From positions 372,001 through 436,000 of IMG/VR virus record IMGVR_UViG_3300027749_002876: DNA of 64,000 bases. The stretch is one strand, 5' to 3'. Each line of letters starts with the position of its first letter. Position 1 is the first letter of the stretch. Positions 57,480-64,000 of this stretch are shown here, one piece after another. The notes under the pieces are model-generated. The model was not told the origin of the DNA. It was given only the letters and a program-made list of their open reading frames with translations, and ran no database searches. A program made the translations under genes and the position numbers.

Positions 57480-57929
57480 ATGCTCCACTTCATAACAGAC
57501 TTAACACACAAACTATTAAATTTTATTAAAGATGATCCAGTTAGACCAGAAATTTCTACCGATTTTAGAGTAAGTAATGGTAGAATGGTTGCGGCATTAT
57601 CTAGTAATGATGATGATCCGGATGCAATGGTATGTGTTAGTTTCCATGATTTTGTTCCAGCCGGAGTAGATGATTTATCTAATGTATCAGAGGTTCCAAC
57701 TACCGCTGTATTCTATACTATCTGGAGTTATAAAGCCGGTAAAGGCCGTGATTTATTAATACAAGCGGTAAAAGGTATTCAGGAGCAATATCCTAGTGTA
57801 AATAGATTTGTGACATTAAGTCCTAAAACAGAAATGGCTAGAAGATTTCATTTAAAAAATGGTGCTATTATATTCCGTGAAAATATAGAAACCATTAACT
57901 ATGAATATACTAAAACAATAAGTGAATAA
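57480..57929 (+). CDS. GNAT-fold protein resembling the malonyl-CoA decarboxylase catalytic domain
   Basis: TAVFYTIWS...G.G..LL...YPSVNRFVTLSP. Confidence 0.55.
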   Translation: MLHFITDLTHKLLNFIKDDPVRPEISTDFRVSNGRMVAALSSNDDDPDAMVCVSFHDFVPAGVDDLSNVSEVPTTAVFYTIWSYKAGKGRDLLIQAVKGIQEQYPSVNRFVTLSPKTEMARRFHLKNGAIIFRENIETINYEYTKTISE

Positions 57930-57933
57930 TATT

Positions 57934-58212
57934 ATGGCAAAAGAAGTTAAAATGGTTAATACTAGTGAAGAAGTAGAGCAAATAGAAAAAAGCGCATTAT
58001 TATCATGTGATTTTATATATGATACATTATTACCATTATTAGAAGAATTTGAAAATAATAATGATGATCCAGAATATATTCCCGGTGTCGCTACTCATGG
58101 ATTATTTATAGCATTAATACAAGAGTTGGCTGATTTAGGATATACTCAAAGAGACTTAAACAAAGAAATCAAAACCTACATGAATACAAGTATAGGGGAA
58201 GTAGTACACTAA
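57934..58212 (+). CDS. Hypothetical acidic protein
   Basis: ORF in operon context. Confidence 0.55.
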   Translation: MAKEVKMVNTSEEVEQIEKSALLSCDFIYDTLLPLLEEFENNNDDPEYIPGVATHGLFIALIQELADLGYTQRDLNKEIKTYMNTSIGEVVH

Positions 58213-58325
58213 AGTACTACATATTTAAGAAACAAAAGTACTCATTTTAGCACCTCAGGTGCTTCAAAATCGCTAGACTATTCAGGAACATATACTGATA
58301 CACTTCTAGCGATTTTTGCCAATAT

Positions 58326-58354
58326 TTGACAATAAATGGGTTATAGTGTATAAT
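58326..58354 (+). promoter_or_regulatory. Sigma70 early promoter (leaderless start at 58361)
   Basis: TTGACA-17-TATAAT, 6 nt before ATG. Confidence 0.85.
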
Positions 58355-58360
58355 TCATCT

Positions 58361-58699
58361 ATGAACTCAAAAATCGTCCGCAAACGTAGAACTGATAGAA
58401 ATCAAGTGATTTACTATATCCAAGATACAGTAACACTTGAGTACTACATTGGTTTAACCGCACTTTGTTTTAATGGCAATGTACGTAGAACACTAGTCCG
58501 TCGTATGCAAAAGCACATGCAACGGGCTATGACAGAAAACAAAAACTGGGGTTTGAGTCGTGCCTTACGTGAGCATGGTGCTGAACGTTTTGTATTTGGC
58601 ACATTAGAAGTTGTCCGTGGTAAGCGTCCTGCTCACGCACGTGAGACAGAATTGATTAACACATTGCAACCAGCATTGAACACATTTGGAGTAAAGTAA
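58361..58699 (+). CDS. Small GIY-YIG nuclease-like protein
   Basis: VIYYI...YYIGLT...R..KH...E.ELI...QPALN. Confidence 0.75.
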   Translation: MNSKIVRKRRTDRNQVIYYIQDTVTLEYYIGLTALCFNGNVRRTLVRRMQKHMQRAMTENKNWGLSRALREHGAERFVFGTLEVVRGKRPAHARETELINTLQPALNTFGVK

Positions 58700-58926
58700 T
58701 GAACGAAAGAATTAAAGAACTTATTGAGCAGGCTGAAGATTATTCGGCAGAGCAACATGCCCCCTATTCACACCATGAACGTGTGTTGAGGTACGAAGTT
58801 TTTAAGGAGAAGTTTGCCGAATTGATTGTTAAGGAATGTATGAATGTTTTAGATCCGGGTGGTCATCAATTGATAGCACGTTTTCACACAAGACAATGGT
58901 TGTCAGAACATTTTGGAGTAGAATGA
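58699..58926 (+). CDS. Small phage protein (MNERIKEL...EKFAELIVKEC...HFGVE)
   Basis: SD GGAG, TAATG coupling. Confidence 0.7.
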   Translation: MNERIKELIEQAEDYSAEQHAPYSHHERVLRYEVFKEKFAELIVKECMNVLDPGGHQLIARFHTRQWLSEHFGVE

Positions 58927-59150
58927 AAGTAAACGATATATTACAATGGACTGGTGCAGTATTTATTATTGCTGGCCATATCTGTAACGCAATTGGACCT
59001 GATGCACACCCCTACAACATTGTAGCATTTACATTAGGTACAATTATGTTTTTAACATGGACAATCCGTGTAAAGAATAACCCGCAATTGGTAGTAAACG
59101 TAGTAGCAATAGTTACTTGTTTAATTGGTTTAGTTAATGCATGGAGATAA
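58923..59150 (+). CDS. Small membrane protein
   Basis: Three hydrophobic segments; SD GGAG. Confidence 0.65.
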   Translation: MKVNDILQWTGAVFIIAGHICNAIGPDAHPYNIVAFTLGTIMFLTWTIRVKNNPQLVVNVVAIVTCLIGLVNAWR

Positions 59151-59305
59151 AGAATGAGTTGGATACTATATATAATTTTAGGAACCTCAATGCCTGTTTT
59201 AAATCAGGTAAATCGGTATACGGATGAAACAGTTTGTAAACAAGCTATTAAAGAATTAACGGATAAAAATGTAAGGGCCGTATGTTTGCCCAGACAGGAG
59301 ATAAA

Positions 59306-59614
59306 ATGAACAAATTGATTAGAGACGGAATGGTCGCTGTATTGTATAGTCCTGACTATGGTTCGGGCTGGTATACATGGAACCAAGACTATCCTGAAAT
59401 ATTGTTTGACCCTGCTATCGTCAAGTTGGTAGAAGAAAACAAATGGGATGAATTGAAAACATATATTACACTAAAATATCCTAAACTATATACCGGTGGT
59501 ATTGTGGACTTGAAAGTAGCATTGATACCCGAAGGCGCAATGTTTAGAATAAATGAATATGACGGTGCCGAATCCATTGAATTAAAAGATGATGCAGATT
59601 GGTTTGTAGCGTGA
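59306..59614 (+). CDS. Conserved phage hypothetical protein
   Basis: AVLYSPDYGSGW...FRINEYDGAESI; SD AGGAG. Confidence 0.7.
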   Translation: MNKLIRDGMVAVLYSPDYGSGWYTWNQDYPEILFDPAIVKLVEENKWDELKTYITLKYPKLYTGGIVDLKVALIPEGAMFRINEYDGAESIELKDDADWFVA

Positions 59615-59740
59615 GGTATATTACTAATAAGTATAAGTCGGTCATTCTTCCATACGAAGAAGGTATGTTAGAATGGCTACACGAAACCTATCCACATAGT
59701 CTTTATTATATTGTAGAGGTGTAAATGTATAAATATCTTT

Positions 59741-59968
59741 ATGGACTTTTGGGATATTTTACACTTGCACAAACAAAAAATATTTGCTATAATAGCAATA
59801 TTATTTGGATTATATTGGATGCATGTTCCTGAAGAAGAAGAACCACCTCAGCCAATCATCACTCTTAAGTATAGGTGTGAATTAATTGTAAAAAATTTAC
59901 ACGATTTTCCAAAAAATGTAAGTGACAGTTGTGAAAAACTTTTGAAAGAAGAAAATGAAATTGAATGA
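59741..59968 (+). CDS. Small membrane-anchored protein
   Basis: One TM segment; ATG 5 nt after TATAAATA. Confidence 0.55.
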   Translation: MDFWDILHLHKQKIFAIIAILFGLYWMHVPEEEEPPQPIITLKYRCELIVKNLHDFPKNVSDSCEKLLKEENEIE

Positions 59969-60479
59969 AGTTAATGAAGTATTGGATCACAAAATTACCG
60001 GTGGTAGTGAGTATCAATGGAATTGCTATCCAGATGGTAGATATTTAGATTACGAAAGTGATTTTGCACATGCATCGGTAATTTATAGTACTGTTGACCA
60101 AACAATTTATCAGGCTGAAGTTTCCGTTAAACGTGAAGCTTGGGACGAAGATAAAAAACCCTATCGTTGGTTGAATCCTGATTATAAAGATGCTTTATAT
60201 AAAGAATCAGAGAAACGACAAGTAGATACTGACATTGCTTGGGACGATATTAAGTTTATTGATTTAGAAATGGAAGAAGATTTCCTTGAGAAGGCTAAGG
60301 CTCTTTGTAACGGAGAAGAATGTGATACCCGTGTTCAGTTTCCAATTGATATAGATGATGAACTAATATTAAAATTATCTATGGAAGCACATAAACGTGA
60401 TATTACACTAAATAAGATGATAGAGATTATTTTACAAGAAGTAATCGACCGTCACCGTGTCAACGGAACATTAGCCTGA
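59955..60479 (+). CDS. Hypothetical protein with C-terminal ribbon-helix-helix-like motif
   Basis: EAHKRDITLNKMIE. Confidence 0.6.
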   Translation: MKLNEVNEVLDHKITGGSEYQWNCYPDGRYLDYESDFAHASVIYSTVDQTIYQAEVSVKREAWDEDKKPYRWLNPDYKDALYKESEKRQVDTDIAWDDIKFIDLEMEEDFLEKAKALCNGEECDTRVQFPIDIDDELILKLSMEAHKRDITLNKMIEIILQEVIDRHRVNGTLA

Positions 60480-60509
60480 CACGTTATATAAGTGTAACAG
60501 GAGATAGTT

Positions 60510-60815
60510 ATGAAAAAAGTTCTATTAGCATTGTCATTATTAGCAGTTACGGGAACAGCAATGGCGCAACATTATCATGGCCATGGTATACGTCACGGTG
60601 GTTATTATCGAGGCGGACCTGGATTTGGTTGGTGGGTAGCACCAGTAGTCACAGGTGTAATCGGTTATGAAATTGCAAAACAGCAACAGGTAATTGTACA
60701 ACAACCAGTTGTTGTACAAAATCCTCAACCTGCACAAGGACAAGTTTGTACACCTTGGACAGAGACACAAAACTCAGATGGCACAATCACTCGCACACGA
60801 ACCTGTAATCAGTGA
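60510..60815 (+). CDS. Secreted/periplasmic small protein
   Basis: Signal peptide MKKVLLALSLLA...AMA; SD AGGAG. Confidence 0.7.
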   Translation: MKKVLLALSLLAVTGTAMAQHYHGHGIRHGGYYRGGPGFGWWVAPVVTGVIGYEIAKQQQVIVQQPVVVQNPQPAQGQVCTPWTETQNSDGTITRTRTCNQ

Positions 60816-60858
60816 CCAAATTATTTGCTATTGTATCGTTCATAGTGTATAATATATT

Positions 60859-61146
60859 ATGAACGATATTTTTTATGGTATTTTTTCGTGGATAAAAGAT
60901 GACTTTAAGTCTAACAGAATTCGCTTTGTTATTGAGCTTCTTGCATGGGCTATTAGTATTGGTTGCAGTATTACTATGGCACTCACAGTACCCAATCCAC
61001 CGCTTCTTACTCTTTATCCTGTTTGGATCACTGGCTGTGCTTTGTATGCTTGGGCTAGTTGGACTAGGAAATCTTTTGGCATGCTGGCTAACTATCTATT
61101 GTTGACCACAATTGATAGTATTGGATTATTAAGGATGGTTATATGA
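60859..61146 (+). CDS. Small membrane protein
   Basis: Hydrophobic; ATG 5 nt after TATAAT. Confidence 0.65.
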   Translation: MNDIFYGIFSWIKDDFKSNRIRFVIELLAWAISIGCSITMALTVPNPPLLTLYPVWITGCALYAWASWTRKSFGMLANYLLLTTIDSIGLLRMVI

Positions 61147-61454
61147 CACAAACACAATGGGTATTAGTGGAAACGGTAAACACATTCCGTCAACGTTACA
61201 TGGTTGAAGTTCCTATCGGTACTGATAACTACGGCAAAGACAAAATTGACTGGGCCTTAGATACAGTTACTATGGAAGAGGCAAAAGAATTTAGCCAAGA
61301 ACATATCGGCGAACTGATTGTAAGCCATCGTGTTGTTACTAAAGATGAAGCATTATTTTTGTGCGATAAAGATAATGACTACACCAAATCTTGGAATGAA
61401 GAACAAAAAATAAATACTTTTTTTACACTTTGGAAAGAAGAAGATGTTATCTAA
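61143..61454 (+). CDS. Conserved phage hypothetical protein
   Basis: FRQRYMVEVP...WALDTV...EFSQEHIGE. Confidence 0.7.
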   Translation: MTQTQWVLVETVNTFRQRYMVEVPIGTDNYGKDKIDWALDTVTMEEAKEFSQEHIGELIVSHRVVTKDEALFLCDKDNDYTKSWNEEQKINTFFTLWKEEDVI

Positions 61455-61815
61455 AATAGAAAAATATAAAAAATACTTTGCGTTTGAGGGTAAAGCCTCA
61501 CGCAGTGAATATTGGGGTGTGTACTTAATTGGTGTATTGCTAATTATGTTAGTGGGTTTATTAGCAACAGTAGTTGCACTAATTAGCACGCCATTCACAC
61601 TGTTACTGATTGGCTTTATTGGGTGGATATCCGCATTGGCAATAGTTTGTGTAGGTAGTGTACTAGCATTTTGGATGTGGATTGCAACCGCTATTAGACG
61701 TTGCAATGACGCCGGTGTAAATCCTTGGTTTGCTATTACACTATTATTACCCACACCTTTAAATCTTATACCATTCGTTGTGTTTGGTTGCTTACCCTCA
61801 GAGGAAATTAAATGA
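61444..61815 (+). CDS. DUF805 inner membrane protein
   Basis: FEGKASRSEYW...IRRCNDAG...W. Confidence 0.85.
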   Translation: MLSKIEKYKKYFAFEGKASRSEYWGVYLIGVLLIMLVGLLATVVALISTPFTLLLIGFIGWISALAIVCVGSVLAFWMWIATAIRRCNDAGVNPWFAITLLLPTPLNLIPFVVFGCLPSEEIK

Positions 61816-62102
61816 ATATTCAAGAAACTTGGACTGATAGTGATTGGACTAAATTCAGTGAATGGCTAAATGGGATGCTACGTCTAGGTCCTGCTACCGT
61901 TACGTTTACCAAAGCCGATGGCACTGACCGTGTAATGCAATGTACACTAGAAGAAGATAAATTACCTAAAGTTGAAATCAAAGAAGGTGCAAAAACTCGT
62001 AAAGAATCAACTACAAGTATGCGTGTGTTTGATTTAGAAAAGAATGAGTGGCGCAGTTTCACTCTTAAAAAAGTAAAACAAGTTAATATCTCTATACCAT
62101 GA
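61812..62102 (+). CDS. WYL-like/SH3-fold phage protein
   Basis: VTFTKADGTDRVMQCTL...VFDLEKNEWRSF. Confidence 0.75.
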   Translation: MNIQETWTDSDWTKFSEWLNGMLRLGPATVTFTKADGTDRVMQCTLEEDKLPKVEIKEGAKTRKESTTSMRVFDLEKNEWRSFTLKKVKQVNISIP

Positions 62103-63427
62103 ATGACTTTGAGCAAGGTAACATTCACTATATGGCTAAAGAATATTATGAAGCCACAGAATGTTATAAAAGATTTTTACAACAAGAGCCAGAAAATTAT
62201 GTAGCATTACATAATCTTGGTATCGCTCTTTGTCAACTAGGACAGGATCAAGAAGCATTAGAATGTTTTGAATTACCTTGTAAACATGATTATGCAGAGA
62301 GTTGGCTTAGTCGCGGTACCGCCTTGCGTAATCTGGGTAGATACAAAGAAGCATTAATTACCTTTGCACATACATTTGCATTGGATCCTAAACATCCCAC
62401 TGCATACAGTAACTACGGGAATACATTACGTGAGTTTGGATTACCTGAACTTGCTGTACCATTCTTAAAAATAGCACAAGAACTAAAACCAAATGATGTA
62501 AACTATGAATTGAATGAATCAGTGTGTCATTTGATGAAAGGTGATTTAGTTGAAGGTTGGAAAAAATACAATGCTCGTTGGTATTATCAAAGTGATATCA
62601 GTTTTAAACCTAATTTACCCGGTCCCGAATATGATGGTTCACAAGACATTGTGAATAAAAGAGTATTGGTATATTATGAACAAGGGTTTGGTGATAGCAT
62701 ACAATTTATTCGTTTCATTAACGTATTAAAACAAAAAGGTGCTATCGTTTTATTGATAACTAAACCTCAATTGTATGATTTGTTTAAGTTTAATTTTCCT
62801 GATTTGTTAGTATTAAATGCAGATGAACACTTACCTGTATATAATTTTCATGTAGCACTGATGGATCTTCCCAAATGCTTTGGTACTACAATTAATACTA
62901 TACCTAGTCCATCTGCATATTTGGATGTAGATGAAGGAATGAAACAAACATGGAAACAACTATTAGGCCCTAAAACAAAGAAACGTATTGGGTTACTATC
63001 TAGTCCAAATAAGGTTGCATTCATATCTCGTTTTCGTAGGATAGAGTTAGAAAAGTTATTGTCAATTGTAAGTGATGAATATGAATTCGTTAGTCTATCA
63101 TATGAAGTAGATGAACAAATATTAGAATTGTTAGCAAAATACAATGTTAAAACATTCCATGAAAATATATCAGGCTTCTACAATACAGCAGGATTGATTA
63201 GCCAATTAGATTTAGTGATATCAATTGATACCGTTATACCACACTTATCCGGAGCACTTGGTATACCCACATGGGTGATGTTAACTGATTACGGTTGTGA
63301 TTGGCGATGGTTTATGAACCGAAATGATAGCCCATTCTACAGTTGTATGAGGTTGTTCCGTCAAACAAATGGTACATGGGATACTGTACTAGAATCTATA
63401 AAACTAGAACTACAAAATTTTAGTTGA
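62099..63427 (+). CDS. TPR-repeat plus GT-B (GT9-like) glycosyltransferase
   Basis: TPRs; EQGFGDSIQFIRF; LDLVISIDT...HLSGALG.PTW...DWRW...SPFY..MRLFRQ. Confidence 0.88.
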   Translation: MNDFEQGNIHYMAKEYYEATECYKRFLQQEPENYVALHNLGIALCQLGQDQEALECFELPCKHDYAESWLSRGTALRNLGRYKEALITFAHTFALDPKHPTAYSNYGNTLREFGLPELAVPFLKIAQELKPNDVNYELNESVCHLMKGDLVEGWKKYNARWYYQSDISFKPNLPGPEYDGSQDIVNKRVLVYYEQGFGDSIQFIRFINVLKQKGAIVLLITKPQLYDLFKFNFPDLLVLNADEHLPVYNFHVALMDLPKCFGTTINTIPSPSAYLDVDEGMKQTWKQLLGPKTKKRIGLLSSPNKVAFISRFRRIELEKLLSIVSDEYEFVSLSYEVDEQILELLAKYNVKTFHENISGFYNTAGLISQLDLVISIDTVIPHLSGALGIPTWVMLTDYGCDWRWFMNRNDSPFYSCMRLFRQTNGTWDTVLESIKLELQNFS

Positions 63428-63453
63428 CATAAATACGTTTCCTATGCTATAAT
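63424..63453 (+). promoter_or_regulatory. Sigma70 early promoter (leaderless start at 63461)
   Basis: TTGACA-18-TATAAT with TGn. Confidence 0.8.
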
Positions 63454-63460
63454 ATGCATT

Positions 63461-63619
63461 ATGAAACGAAAAATCTTATCTTTTACTGTTGAACAGCCCA
63501 AACATCGGGCCCACAAAGTGTTGTTTTCTAGCAACACTCCGTTCAAACCTAAGGTCGTACAGTCCAAAAAAGGTCTGTACATTCGTAAACCCAAACATCC
63601 AAAACTCAACGAAATTTGA
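63461..63619 (+). CDS. Small basic protein, ArfA-like
   Basis: 52 aa; PFKPKVVQSKKGLYIRKPKH resembles ArfA [22 protein letters not shown]. Confidence 0.5.
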   Translation: MKRKILSFTVEQPKHRAHKVLFSSNTPFKPKVVQSKKGLYIRKPKHPKLNEI

Positions 63620-63644
63620 CAACAAATGGTGTTGGGTATATAAT
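63616..63644 (+). promoter_or_regulatory. Sigma70 early promoter
   Basis: TTGACA-17-TATAAT. Confidence 0.85.
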
Positions 63645-63673
63645 AGAGTCTTATTCAGTCAAAAGGAGTTCAA

Positions 63674-63949
63674 ATGAACATCAAGCAAATTAATACTGCT
63701 ATCATGCAGGGTGACTTCACTAACGAAGAATTGAATAGCATCGGTGATGCAATGCGTTTTGCCCGTGCCCAACTAGTAGTACGAAACAAATCGGCATTGA
63801 CGATCGGTTCCAATGTGAAATTCACAAGTTCAACCCGTGGTACAATCTCCGGTGTTGTAAAGAAAATCAATCGTAAATTTATTATTGTAGATCAGCCGGG
63901 TCAGTTCCGTAGTTGGAAAGTGCCCGCTAACATGTTGGAGGTATTGTAA
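63674..63949 (+). CDS. Hypothetical SH3-like protein
   Basis: SD AAGGAG; IGSNVKF...GVVKKINRK...WKVP. Confidence 0.7.
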   Translation: MNIKQINTAIMQGDFTNEELNSIGDAMRFARAQLVVRNKSALTIGSNVKFTSSTRGTISGVVKKINRKFIIVDQPGQFRSWKVPANMLEVL

Positions 63950-64000
63950 TGAGCAAGATGGCTAATCTGTATATGGAGATTGAGGAAATGCTTGACAAAG

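Overview
About 64 kb of an AT-rich, T4-like large or jumbo myophage genome. The proteobacterial-type nrdAB, iscU and rpoZ suggest a proteobacterial host (inference). 1-27 kb: tandem giant Gly/Asn/Thr-rich tail-fibre-like genes with shared modules, small deletion relics and a chaperone. 27-40 kb: class Ia ribonucleotide reductase with nrdA split into two genes by a GIY-YIG endonuclease, then nrdB, glutaredoxin, PAAR, a SleB-like hydrolase, an HNH gene overlapping an iscU interrupted by a 9-nt GGT-TAG-TTA-GGA insert, rubrerythrin and rubredoxin. 40-44 kb: GNAT-like, PP-loop, desaturase and sulfotransferase-like genes. 44.3-54.6 kb: 26 tRNA genes (19 amino acids, no Phe, no suppressor) interspersed with structured non-coding RNAs, HNH genes, 2OG-Fe(II)-like proteins and rpoZ. 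55-64 kb: small early-type genes. Best candidate for an undescribed system: a classical-looking transcription attenuator at the head of the tRNA array. Its 45-codon leader ORF uses all 20 amino acids and every codon box, and its 3' end can pair with the 5' arm of the following terminator, as expected of a general tRNA-supply sensor. Other highlights are the candidate ribosomal stop-hop in iscU, charge-complementary tails on the split NrdA, a family of RNAs bracketed by a shared closing stem, and an rrn-like boxA leader. All calls were made by eye without database searches.
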